From: Tubulanus polymorphus
Lineage: Eukaryota > Animalia > Nemertea
Length of the DNA: 64,000 nt
Reading direction: 5' to 3'
Assembly: GCF_964204645.1 (NCBI RefSeq)
Contig: NC_134035.1
Coordinates: 930,001-994,000, forward strand
Positions 14,116 to 26,328 of the stretch are shown here, one piece after another (positions within the stretch are counted from its first letter, which is position 1; each line of letters starts with the position of its first letter). Both the position numbers and the translations under genes were made by a program. Below the pieces are notes generated by a model. It saw nothing but the letters and a program-made list of their open reading frames with translations, made no database searches and was not told the origin of the DNA.

Positions 14116-14282
14116 GCGGCCACTTACTCGGAAATCAGGCAAAAGTCAGGGTAATTACTTTTCTTTAAAATAATCGGGGAATTTCGTAAAAAATGAGGGA
14201 AACGTTTCTTTAAACTAGTCGGATAATAGTCAGGGAATTTTGTAAGAAAGGAAGCTAGAAATGATTGAGAAGTCAGGGAAAT
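14116..14282 (+). mobile_element. MITE family A fragment
   Basis: GGCCACTTACTCGGAAATCAGGCAAAAGTCAGGG plus further TCAGGGAA units. Confidence 0.65.
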
Positions 14283-15599
14283 GAGCCCAAGTGGTTTTAA
14301 AAGTTAGACTGGTTTAGTTGTTGATAAAAGCCAATAAGAGAGGCATGGAACAAGTGGAATGAAACCACGGTATTGATATTTAATTTCCTGAAATGTGGAC
14401 TAATGCAGCGAAATACGAATGACAAGACTTGGCTTCGAAAATCGGACACACCCCTAAAATCCTACCACGTTATCATTGCCAGTAATTGAAAACGGTATTG
14501 ATAAATACTTTATCGGTATTGTTGTTTTAGCTAAAATCAAAACTCAATTAAACCACCTCCCTTTTTAGAATTCTAGTACGATGAATGGATAGCTTTGTAT
14601 CGATTATACATAACAATTATAAATAGCCTTAGAATATTTGGATGATCGAGTTTATAGCTTTGGGAATGTATTCTCGAATGTAAATTTTGATATTTTATTT
14701 GCGCCGCTGGCTGCTTACTATCCTGTGTATCTTCCAGCGCGATATTTGATGTGTCGAAAAGTCTTCTAACTTTCCTTTGTTCCCTGTAGAAAAAAGTATT
14801 CGTGTCTTTTGGCGACTTGTCGCGTTCGGCTTTCCGCGCGAAATCGTTCTTTCGAAACTTTCCTCGAAGGTCTATTTCCGATAACGAAATATCTGTGTCT
14901 TCGAGCGAGTTTCGTATGATATTCGAAACGTTGTTCCTGAACTTGGCGCTGATGAAAGGTCCTCTTCCCACTTGAAATTATTTTTGTCTAAGTCAGTCGA
15001 TGAAAATGAATATAAATCGATTGTTTCATCTGTTGATGTACAACGCTGTATTATTCTAGCTGGAGCGATTTTTTTTTTAATGGATTATTTTTGATGACGC
15101 GCCAAAAATCAGATTCGGCAAATTATCATCAAGTCTCGGTTGACGTTCATTAATTAACGCGTCGTCGTCAAAGCGTTGTTCGTCATTCGTTGTTTTACGT
15201 AGTTGGGAAAAAACGCCGGTGAATACGATTGAAACGGGCGAATGATGTTTAGCTCGGTGGGAGGAGGAGTTTAATACTCGGTGTAACTATACTGCGTTAG
15301 AGAGAAGAGTCTCTCATTCATGCGTTGCAGTAAAGTAATAGTAGTAGTAGTAATTTTTGCTGCCTCGTGTCGTTTGGACTGTTCAGAAAAAAAAAAACGT
15401 TAAGTTGACCGTAATATTATGATAGTGGACTATATAGTGTAAGCCTTAGCAGACGGGAGGAAGCTTCGAGGGATCTACCTGGATTGAATACTGCCTTTTG
15501 CGCGTAAAGGGATGTTGTCGTCTCAATTCATACGTAATCCTGAGTAAGTAAAAATAAACATCTACTGTTTGTATTACCGGTGACAAAGTCATGAGTAAA

Positions 15600-15799
15600 T
15601 AAATGAAGAAATCCCACACTTCGAATTTAAAATTATATGATCAAATTTATTCAAATTCCACCTGATGATGGCTGTTAGTCAACAGCCGAAACGTTGTGGT
15701 TTCGTAATAATAAATTTGATCGTATAATTTTAAATTCGAAGTGTGGGATTTCTTCATTTATCTACAGTATACACGGATTATAGTGTTTATTCGACAACT
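15600..15799 (+). mobile_element. Fold-back non-autonomous Penelope-like element with hammerhead ribozyme
   Basis: Inverted arms 15600-15651 and 15709-15760 (51/52 complementary), hammerhead in the loop, 39-nt 3' tail, flanked by the direct repeat GTCATGAGTAAA (15588-15599, 15800-15811). Confidence 0.8.
15658..15699 (+). ncRNA. Minimal type I hammerhead ribozyme motif
   Basis: CCAC-CTGATGA-T-GGCTGTT-agtc-AACAGCC-GAAA-CG-TT-GTGG: intact core, 7-bp stem II, 4-bp stem I, palindromic AACGTT in place of stem III. Confidence 0.8.
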
Positions 15800-17201
15800 G
15801 TCATGAGTAAACTTTGATTTCACTGGTGGATTGGGTAACCCGGGATGTTTGTCGGGGTCTGGACACCACCCCCCCCCCTTAAGATTTTGAGGTCCTTAAG
15901 AATTCCATCCTCATATATTCGGCAATGAATATTATTTTCGGAAGAAATGTCAAGTTTGACCTTGAAAAACTGAAAAAGTATCAACATTGTGTAATTGTGG
16001 CGACTACCCGTTAAAAAGGTTCTGAAAAAAATCCCAGTGTATTTGAGCAACGAAGTCGCTGCGGAGTTTGGGGTAAGACCCTATAATTTCTTACCTGTTT
16101 ATGTTTAACTCTTGATCCGCTCCTGGAGTTGGAAGTCAGATTTTAACTTTGAACTGGATCGTCATGTTTTGTTGTTTGAAATTAGATACATGTAATTACT
16201 CTTCGACATATTCAACGACCGAAATTTGAATATCGATGCACTTTATGAAGCCCCCACGCGCCCAGATATCCTATAACCTATGCGCTTTATTGTTTCATAG
16301 ATACATTTATACTGCGTTCTTATTAGATTTATAGCTGTTCGGCGCTGGCGGGCAAATCAAAAATTGTATGACAATTTCAATCGCTCTTAACACGTTTTAG
16401 AAATCTCTGCGAAACATTGTTTACGAGAACAAAGACGAGATAATCATTTATGGAAACGTCTCGAACGCACGAGCAATCGTTCATTCGTTTGTTTTCGTCG
16501 TTTGTTTCTATATATTCGTATTTTTGACAATTCGCGAAATCAAGGGGAAATAATCACTTGAAATGTGAGCGTAAATAGACGCGGCGGCGCGGATGATTGC
16601 GTTAGAAAACGATGAAAGGGTTCGGGGTTTGGCGATGACACACGAGATGAAAGGTACCCGTCACGTACCCGTATTGACCACGCCGATTGATAATAACAAC
16701 AATGGCGTTGTTCGCGTGTTGCTGAAACGGTGTTTATTGAGTTTCTCTATTACGAATTTTAGATATATTTCGATCTGTAAATACCAAACAACGAGTTGTT
16801 ATTCTTCGGAGATAAATCGACTTACCGATTATAGATTAACAATGGGGGTTTGTTTATCGGGCGAGCTGCTGCTGTTGTTGTAGGCTTCGTTGGGGTTTCG
16901 ATATTTTTAAGAATTGATCAATGTCGTTCGTACCCGGTGCATTCGAGTCCATCGATGTAAATCTTCAGATACGTTTGTTATGATTCAGCGATGTTTCCAG
17001 TCTAACTTATGATGTTTGTATGTTGTAACTTGGTCACAGTTTGTTGATGGTGTAACTTGTTCTGTTATCAGAGCCGTATGAATTCATCAAACTATTCAAG
17101 AGTGTTAGGAAAGTCATGAATTGGTCACAGTTTACGTCATAGTTAACTAGCGCGCAGTCCATAGCTTGAGGGGGTAGAAATTTTGGAAATATTATTGTTC
17201 T

Positions 17202-17255
17202 GATTCAACATTAAATTTCTATTGGATATATCCAATAGAAATTTAATGTTGAATC
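17202..17255. repeat. Perfect 54-bp palindrome
   Basis: GATTCAACATTAAATTTCTATTGGATA followed directly by its reverse complement. Confidence 0.95.
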
Positions 17256-19504
17256 CTTCACTTGTGACTTGACAAGCATTTTGTTATAGGCCAAACAAAA
17301 GGTCGGATTGTTACACAATCTCATCGGTTAGTTGTCTTCTAAATAACATCGTGGAAGCATAATTTTATTCTCATGCTTGTATGAAGAGCTTAGCTCTAAG
17401 AGAATCCAAATCAAGCCATGAAGATTTTCAAATCCTTGATTGACCTTTTTCATTACATCTTACGATGAAAACCAACTTCAATATTCGAATTCTCCCGAAC
17501 GAAACAATGGCTGGCTGAAATCGGCGACACGCCCTTCCGAGTTTCCCTCGGTTCAAAATCGAAAACTTATATAATTCTTCTGTTCTGTATATACATATAT
17601 ATATATATATCTATCTAATATCTATAATAACTTCAATCAGTTTATACCATGCTGGTAAGCGTGCGAGCGGCATAGAAAGTTCATCTGTTCATTCCGATAT
17701 CGATCGCGGTCGATGGAGAAATTTGAAAATAACCTAATGATATTAAAGCCTGATTGATGTCTATCGTTGTCATCTGCTGGAAGTTTCTTGTTTCAGAAAG
17801 TTTTTAGAAGTTCATTGTTTCGAATCATTAACGTACGCGAATGAAATCGATGGCTTTATTAAGCCCGACGGTGATCGTATTTCTTCTACAATGTACAACA
17901 GTACGAATTGTCGTTCTGGAATAAAAACTGAACAATCAATGAAATTTATGTCTCTCGTTTTAAATATTACGCAAACTGCGGCAGTAACAGGTCGAGAGAC
18001 TGTTTATATAAGTTTCCGGCGAAACTAAAAGCCCCGATTGAAAGTCAGTTATTGTTATAGATTTTAGAACGTGTAAGTTTATTGCATTAGACGTTATAGT
18101 AGTTTCAGTGAACGCCTTCCAATTTCCAATTGAAGAATCAATGAAATGGAGAATTCTAGTACGTTCATTTTTCCGGCCTCTCCCCGTTCGTCGAACTAGG
18201 AAAAAGTAACGTCTAACCTGCTGATAATGAAGTGGGGTGAGGGCATTTTCGAAATGCTTCTTTGAACTAAAGCAGCCATTTTTGCCGATAGGATATAGGG
18301 GTTGAAGACTGTCATCACATATCAGGTGCAGATCCAAGGGGACTTATGAGACTTGTACAAGTCCATCAAATCATTTTGATTGCCATTTTTCAAGATAATT
18401 GGTGCATTTCAATGACCTAAAATTCCTTCATGGACATCAGGTTCCTCAAAATTATCCCCTCAGTGCGGTAGTGCCCCTAATATTGCCTCTTTGCACGTCA
18501 AAGTGCCCTTTTGGGACTGGACAAGTTCTTCAAAATTGGCCCCAGGACTTGCAATTGCATATATGATCTCATTTCCGGATTTATGAAGTAAGAAATAGGA
18601 AAATCGAGAAAAAGAAATGTTTCTCGTTGATATTCACTGCTTCTTGTAACAGAAGTTTATTGTCTACCGTTTAATGGTATAAATGATCGCCTTTGTTTTT
18701 GATCTCGATGCGTTTGATATCAGAACGATTCAAAGACCTCGAAGAGAATAGTTTTATCTATGATCTGTTTGTATTTGTGTGTATGTTGTAATAGCCCAAC
18801 ACGTATCACATATGGTAAACTCAGGGTTGAAACTCCTGACGTCGGTATCCCTCCCGTCTTGTAAGACGGAACTTCTAATGAACAAATTCTTTGGATGAAG
18901 TTGTTGATGTTTGCATCGTCTTGTATTTAGTCTTTGAATCGATGTATATATATATCTGATTTATGGGACAATGTTTGATTAAGTACTTGTAGCAGAAAGA
19001 TTGAGACCGAAGCGTTGGATTGTACCTTAACATTGCTTTTGCTGCGGACTCATTTTCTGAGAAATCATGGTTCATATGGGTTATTTAGGGTGTCCTGTGG
19101 ACAAATGGTAATTCGGGTTTTGTGCTTATTTGGGAAATATATAACAGTTACTTATAGTGGTTCCTTTAACTTGAACAATGATTTCAGGTAAATTTATTTT
19201 CACTTCTCTGATTTAGTTTCAGAGATGTCTTGACAAAAATGCTGTGAAGCCTTTTGTTCCACAGTTTACATTGAACAATGTATTGAACTTAATTGATTCA
19301 CTGTTACATCAATCTACATGTATCTATCTACTAGATTCTGTATTTCATTTGGCTTCTCGTCGTATTTTTTATCTTAGTTTGTAGAAAAAAAATGTTGATA
19401 TTGATCCTGTTATCGATGTTGATTGTTTGATGTGCACAGCAGTAGCATTAACGACGATATCAAAGTCTACTCTAGCTTCTAAACTTAAAAACAAAATGCA
19501 TTCA

Positions 19505-19870
19505 TAGCAGTTGAAATCCTATTGCACACTAGTGACACCTAGTGGATCCTTACCTGCCTCAAGTGGAATCCTCTATTGCCACAGTAGTTGATGTCCTACT
19601 ATACACTAGTGACACCTGGTGGATCCTCACATACCACCGTAGTTGATGTCCCACCGCACACTAGCGACATCTAGTGGATCCTCACTTGCCACAAGTGCAA
19701 TCCTCTATTGCCACAGTAGTAGTTAAGATGAGATAAACGTTTATTCGCCTGACCAGAATAAGTATAAGGTGATCAAATACCTACTACACACTAGTGACAC
19801 CTGGTGGATCCTTGTTGCTGCCCTACTGCACATCAGTGCATGTGGTTGGTCCTCACTTGCAACAGTAGCA
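19505..19870. repeat. Irregular minisatellite with a CTCF-like core
   Basis: Four copies of ACACTAG(T/C)GACA(C/T)CT(A/G)GTGGATCCT with CCACAGTAG-type linkers. Confidence 0.85.
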
Positions 19871-20623
19871 TTGCTGGCTCCTGATATTGATATTGATATC
19901 AATGAAGCTTAGAATAAACTGTTCACTGCATGTGTTACTCTTCCAGTCAGTTGACTTCGACTCTTGTGACAAGCGGTTATTTTTCCGTCGTATAATTACC
20001 AGTTCAAATGGGGGTAGTTCGAAAATTTTGCCCTTTTGTCACGAGGATGCCTCGCGGTGTCGCCGTGTAACGCGCGCCAAACGACGATCGTAATGACTAA
20101 ACAAAGGAGAGCCTGAAATTACAGGGAACGTGACGACTCCGGAGTCAGACTCCCTGTCGATGATGATGATGATGCTGATGACAGGGGCTACAATCCAGGT
20201 GACTCTTATGACACGTAAATTACGGGCGTACATGAAACGATGCTTCCGCGTAAAAGCGTCGCCAAAAAAACAGTTCTTTTTCGGATTACAACCTTAAATA
20301 CATTATTGTTGTATTATTAGTTCAGGGAGTGAAAAAACTTGCTTGTTTTTCACAGAAAGTTTTCACTTATTGATAGCTGTTTTTGTCCCCCTTTAATTCT
20401 AAATCGGTCTCTCTGTTGTGCAGGATATAGGCTGAACCTGTGGATGGAATCTTTTGAAATTTGATGAAATACTGTCGGATCATGTATATGGGAGGAACCC
20501 GTCGTTGATTTTTGAGGTGACACCTTTCAACGTGCTTGACTCGTCTGAAAATAAACCTCCGTTTTGGATTGAAAGTAAGAATTAGTTCATCTTTTATGTC
20601 TTAACGCAACAGTCTAACCTCAG

Positions 20624-20731
20624 GGTCCAGTTCCACAGTTCCGAGTTAAGATTTAACTCTGGGTGAAATCACTGAAAATGAACTAACTTTAACTCAGAGT
20701 TAACTCTAACTCACAACTGTGGAACTGGGTC
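20624..20731. mobile_element. Hairpin MITE family C variant
   Basis: CCAGTTCCACAGTT...AACTGTGGAACTGG inverted ends; central TGAAAATGAACTAA; related copies at ~34000-34095 and ~40660-40765. Confidence 0.75.
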
Positions 20732-21332
20732 TAGAGGTCCACAGGGACCTAAACTCCTACTCTGTAACTGGTTTTGTCAGGGAAAGGCTTCGTGAAAATT
20801 GAAAGAAAATGAATGATATCGTCTCGGCATTCTTGAATTCAAATTTCTCATTTTTTATCTTCAAGAAAGTCTCGCCGCCTAATTGCAGCAATCTTTGACG
20901 ACGATGACAACCTGTCAAAACTAAGAGCAGGTCGCAAGTAAGTCGCCGTCGACGTCGAAGAATAACGAGATCTATTCTCGTTGTAAGACCTCTTTGTGTC
21001 AATAATTAAACCGACGCTAGACAAGGGTTTCGTTTTAACGTCTAAAAATCAAGACAAACAAGTTGTCAGGAGAGACGGGCGGCACTCGATCCGAGCCTCG
21101 CGTCATTAATGATAATCCGATGAATGGAGGATTATGAATATAAATAAATCGTGAATATTTCAGGCGATTTCGTCGACCGAAGAGCTCTTGAATATTAAAC
21201 ATCTATTATTCATTATCGGACAATACGAAATGATTTGTCGAGTTTCTGCCGAGTTTCTTGAGAGGCAGACGACAAGAGACATTGACACTATCGCTAAGAG
21301 AGTTGTGAGTTTTGAAGTGAGAAGCAGGGAGG

Positions 21333-21379
<47 letters not shown>
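21333..21379. repeat. (CAG)n microsatellite, ~15 units
   Basis: Direct reading. Confidence 0.95.
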
Positions 21380-21381
<2 letters not shown>

Positions 21382-21599
21382 GAGAGAGAATTTGACATTG
21401 AAAGTCCTATAAAGTATTGGCATTTAGTTTTCAACTTGTGAGTTATCCATTAATCACATACTCTAAATATTGTCGCATTTTGCAGCCCATCTCTGAGGCC
21501 CTGAAACAATCCTCAAATCTCAAGTCTCTTGGACCCCTTTTATCTAGGATGGCTATGTGCTAAATCCCCTTTGATTTCATCATATTGCCTGCGTTCTGT

Positions 21600-21690
21600 A
21601 GCCGCGTTTTGGCCACACGGGTGCCAAATGGGCCCCGTGCCTGTTTGGACGCCAGACCAGGCCTGAGCCAAATTTTAGCACGGGACAAAT
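21600..21690 (-). mobile_element. MITE family B fragment
   Basis: GACCAGGCCTGAGCCAAATTTTAGCACG is the reverse complement of the family core. Confidence 0.55.
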
Positions 21691-23123
21691 TATTAAATTT
21701 CTAACTTCGCTTTGTTTGTGGGCGTTGTTTTTAGTAAGGAGTGGGAGTCAATTTGATGACGTCATCGGTCGATTTCAGAGGAAACCATCGTAACGCAATC
21801 TCAATTGTGGACGCGAAATGTGTCCCATCGTGAATCTCGCTAAAATAAACGACTTGCGAAATTTCCATCCGATTTGGTGAGTGTATAACTGAAGTTCGTT
21901 ATGGCAACGCATTCTGTTATCAAAAATCCAATTTGTTTGCGTTATTGTGCGTTTCGAATAGTATTTCGAGGCCGTCTTTACAAATGAAATGGCATTTAAT
22001 GACAAATGAAATTTGTGTTCTGTTCATCAATTCTTGGCTGTTATACAGAATGGTAGCTCGTCTCCGGCGCCGGTGATCAGTTGTTACTGGCTGTTGATAT
22101 TGATGTAATAATATCTATTGTACGAAGGAAGGGTTCATCAGTCATCGCAGCTCAAACCGGGTCTACGTCGGAAAACTGACTATACACTCTTCACCATCGA
22201 AGATACCCGCTTAGTTAAAGTCCCCTATGACACCATACAATCACGCAGGCCATATTTCAGTGGCTTCAAAAGTAACACTTGGTTTCACTTACTTTCAAAC
22301 TTATGTTATTCGAGGCCAAATTGCTGAAAAATGAAGCAAAATGTTTTCTATTTTCACCGCAATATGCCAGAAGTTGTGAAATGGCTCGTATTCAAAATTT
22401 TCCACAGGAGTACTCCGACTTAAACCTTTGGCATGTACCCTTTAGAAAAGTCTACTTTTGTGAGAATCAACCCCTCACCCAGGACCTTGTTAATTTTGAG
22501 ATGATGTATACAAAACTACACTTAAAGATCGCATCCATTCTTAGGTTTACAATACCTGAATATGACTACTGTCGGATTACTCTAATGTTTTGTGAAAACT
22601 GCTACAATTAGAGATATCAGGTAGTCTGGTATGGTCTGGTCTGCGCTGGTCTGGTCTGCGCTGGTCTAGTCTAGTCTGTACCCTTCTACGGAAACCACAG
22701 CTTCAGCCTCGGTCTCAACCATTACTTTCCACCGTGTATTGTTCTAAGGATTGGTTTCTTACTCATTTCACGAGAGAGAGAACACTCAGCAATAAAACTC
22801 AGATAATCAGAGCCGCAGTTGATACCGACAGATTCGACCCCCTGCTTATTGGTAACTTACATAAACATGGCCGCAGCTGATTGCTGATTATCTTGTTCGG
22901 GAACAATGTTCAGGTGTAACTGCTTGAAGCTATGAAAGCCGGGCGAAGATAAACATCTCCATTCCCCGCAATAACACAAAGAACGCAATAGAATAGAATG
23001 GACAGTTTAGAAGGAATAGTTACAAGATTTATGGTAAAAGTGCACCAGGATTTCTGGAAATGTACATCGCAGCAATATGAATTTAGGGTCATAGGAGTTC
23101 TTGATATCTGAAAAATAATAGTA

Positions 23124-23329
23124 AGGCCATAAAAAAGAATGAAAGCTTTTTTCTTATTATCAGCCGGGGTCACTTTTGTAAACTGCAATAAAATTTGCGA
23201 TCAGTTCATTGCTATAGCTGCCGGGCCTCTTATTGTTAGCTCGATCATAATGGTGTAATGTACAGGGTAGATTGGCAGCCGACTGGGTCAACTTGGTAAT
23301 GAGAAAAAAGGTATCAACTTTTGGGCCCA
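23124..23329. mobile_element. TIR MITE family E, degenerate
   Basis: ACTGCAATAAAATTTGCGATCAGTTCATTGCTATAGCT matches the 11221-11259 region. Confidence 0.65.
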
Positions 23330-23331
23330 GT

Positions 23332-23346
23332 GCGCCACCTAGTGGC
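23332..23346 (-). promoter_or_regulatory. CTCF consensus motif
   Basis: Minus strand GCCACTAGGTGGCGC is a full match to CCASYAGRKGGCRS. Binding is untested. Confidence 0.45.
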
Positions 23347-24228
23347 AGAACTAGAGAGAAAAAAACTTTTTCTTGAATTGAAGATGACCTCACAACTAGA
23401 TATGACATATCCAAAATGTAATGGGAATTTCGGAGTTCGCCTTGTTGAGCCTGAGCCTGAGAACCGTTGTCGCCTATGGCTTGTTTTGGCGCCAGCATCA
23501 TTCATTGCATCTTTGATTCCCGGTTAATAGGTCTGAAAACTTTGACTGAGTGCTGAATCCCAGACAATATTTTTATGAGGTTTTCATCGTGTGGTGAATC
23601 ATAGAGGAATCGAGCGATTTTTGTCATCATCATCATCTTCATCATCGGCGGTCGTTATCTTACATAATTAACACGTTGTGCGTCGGTCGTTGCGTTATAG
23701 ATCATGACATCAACGAACAACGAGAGCTCGGGTGAAATTTCCGCTCGCTGACAACGGCGGCCATATTTCTCGTCGTCGGGTTCCGTCGCCGAACAATAGC
23801 GTAACGCGTCGGGCGCGCGTTATCGCCCGCGGGCGCCGGTGATGTATCGACGAAGTTGCCGACTTTTGACCCGCGCGTCGTAAACCGACTCCGACGCGGG
23901 ACGACCCGCGAGTCGTCGTCGACGCGGAACCGTTACCGATGTAACGAGCCGATACGATTCACGCGCACGGTTGCCTGACGTTCGACGTCGTTTCCGTGGG
24001 TTTCGACAACGGCTTTAAACAATAGTAGACGGAGAGATCGGGCTTCGAACGTCTTCGCGGGGTTATCAGGCGAGCGGCGATGAATTCATCGACACAAACG
24101 CGTCGGACAAAGTTTGAATAATTCAATAATGCGTAAACATGTCGCCGTATGACAGGACGTACAACAACCGCTCGCTCGATATGATGCAAATGATGATCAC
24201 TTTTCGTCGGCAGACGTCAGATTGTCAC

Positions 24229-24330
24229 CGTGGCCACTTACCTGGAAATCAGGGAAAAGTTAGCGAATTTTCTTTTATTTTAAAATATTAGAAACTAAAA
24301 AAATCAGAGAACTATTGGGGAAATTTGTTG
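24229..24330 (+). mobile_element. MITE family A fragment
   Basis: GTGGCCACTTACCTGGAAATCAGGGAAAAG...GGGGAAATTTGTTGA. Confidence 0.65.
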
Positions 24331-24647
24331 ATTACCAAATGAGTCGATGGATGCTTGACTAGGACCAAATTAGGCCTGATCAACAATTGTCTGATAAAGG
24401 CCGTGTACTCGCTGTATGAATACTAACAGTTCTTCCTCATTGTTTTGATGGCATTTTAGTAATGAGAGTGATTTTTACGCGCTATCTTATTAAGCCTGGG
24501 CCAAATATGACTGGTTCAGTCCGGGCCAGTTTGGCCCGGGTCGAATTGTCCCGTGTAGACACTTAATAAAAAAGACTGTGGAACTGGTGTTACACATATA
24601 GGACAAGCTGTATAACCACTGGACAAGTGGTCTACTGGTTAACAGAT

Positions 24648-24765
24648 GGGCCCAGCTGCATAGACGCGACTGAAATCCAAAAATGGTCGTTGTTACATTG
24701 GTTTTATAGAACCGAGATGGTCTTAAACTGGTCTTAAATCTAAGTCTTCACTGTGCAACTGGCCC
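24648..24765. mobile_element. Family C-like MITE
   Basis: GGGCCCAGCTGCATAG...CTGTGCAACTGGCCC-ctg; internal CTGGTCTTAA motif shared with 42070-42365 and 49180-49560. Confidence 0.65.
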
Positions 24766-25182
24766 CTGTGTTCGAACCCCGGTGATTGCGCAATATCTCA
24801 CTTTAACTTACACTGGGTCGTGATACCTAGAACTGTTTAGAAGGTCACAGTCATTTGGGAATCAATTGTAAAAGCTTCCTTTCATCGAAACTGTCTGACC
24901 CTTGAGGCATTTCACTAATTCTTTAATATCGCACAGGCACATCTAAAACAATATAAATATGAGAGGAGAGACTGGTTCGGATTTCATAAACAGTAAATAA
25001 CGAACGGATGAACGAAATCGATATTTTATCCATCATTCGATTGATGAGGAAATGTAGCATGTGTCAGGTGTTCGAATTACGCGAGTCCCACCCAAATTCA
25101 CATTAGTAACACAAACACTTTATTTGATATTTGATTTTTTTTAATGCTGGATACATTTACATTTCCATTGAGAGGTGTGAAT

Positions 25183-25496
25183 ACGGTGGCGCCACTGATC
25201 ATTATTATCAAGAAACTGCAGGGAATTCGATACCAAAAACCTGGAAAACTCAGGGAATTAGAAAAGTAAGGGAAAACTCAGGAAACTTTACAAATTCTAC
25301 CAAAAACCTGGAAAACTTGGGAATTTGGATATCGCCATTGACCGCGTGTTTATCAGTACATGATTCAATGAAAAACAAATACGGTAGTAACATTTAAAAC
25401 TTTGAAATTACTCAGGATTTTCTCAGGGAATTTAGTGTGATCAAAATCAGGGAGAACTCAGGGATTTGTAAATGGGTGGAAAGTGGCGCCACCCTG
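25183..25496 (+). mobile_element. MITE family A (GGTGGCGCCAC...GTGGCGCCACCCTG termini, internal GGAAAA.TCAGGGAA repeats), most complete copy
   Basis: Both termini present; related fragments at ~315, 6342, 14116, 24229, 28117, 28820 and 61195. Confidence 0.75.
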
Positions 25497-26064
25497 ATGA
25501 GATCAGAACATCGAGAAATCAAACTTCTGAATAAAATTTTACATGACTAAAAATGGCTTAGAATTGAAAACTTAGCGAGGCCTGAGGTGTCATTTTCTAA
25601 ATGTTTATTTATGCCGTTGTATTCCATTTGATTAAGAATTGAAAATTATGTTCGTGGTCGCGGTGAAGAGATGCTGAGTCATTACAGCGCTGTTGAGTCG
25701 TCGCGCACGCGTTTGAGTCGTCCGCTGGCCGCTGCAACAGTCAGTCGTTTCTGTCGGTTACGCCGCGGTGCTGTCACTGATTCTCTCTCGACTCTAGCAG
25801 ACGCACGACGATGACGACGCATCGCGATTGATAAATGTGATTTGTTCGCCGCGATCGTCGTCAATAGTCGTTCGCTCGGCTACTAGTGCATGCTGGGATA
25901 CGCTAGCTAGCGTGTGATTAGAGACTGGATGCCGCCCGCGCTCCTCGCTGGTTGCTGCTGATGCTGTCATCTGTTATTGTTGTTTGTCGTAGTCGTGAGG
26001 AACAGTACTAGCTGCAGCAGCAGCAGCAGCACACCACCGCAGCAGCAGCAGTGTGTTATTTCAC

Positions 26065-26137
26065 TCAGTACTCGTTCACTCGTAGTGTGTTCAACATCAT
26101 GTGGACTATAACTCCTCCTCGTCAGTAACGCAATCAG
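26065..26137 (+). other. Candidate non-coding first exon A of SoxD
   Basis: Lies at the end of a CpG-rich, CAG-rich block; Inr-like TCAGTA at 26065; donor-like CAG|gtagga after 26137; contains a short uORF MWTITPPRQ* from 26099. Confidence 0.35.
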
Positions 26138-26206
26138 GTAGGATCCATTTTTTCAAAGTCCAAATGCTTTTTTAATCACTTTTCTGATTTGCTAATCATA
26201 GCTTAT

Positions 26207-26328
26207 CGAGGTTTCATTCATTCTACGCGATATTTTTGACCCAATCGTAGATTTTCACTCATTTAGATTTCATCTACAGACGAGGTTTCGTTCATTCTAC
26301 GCGGTATTTTAGACCCAATCGTAGATTT
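26207..26328. repeat. ~74-bp-period local duplication
   Basis: CGAGGTTTC(A/G)TTCATTCTACGCG(A/G)TATTTT(T/A)GACCCAATCGTAGATTT at 26207 and 26281. Confidence 0.85.

Noticed and set aside
14573-14971. 132-aa minus-strand ORF
   Set aside because: No recognisable domain or clear exon context; a BLASTX search would settle it.
21160-21423. Poly-Ser/poly-Leu ORFs
   Set aside because: Produced by the CAG microsatellite; no SoxD Q-box context.
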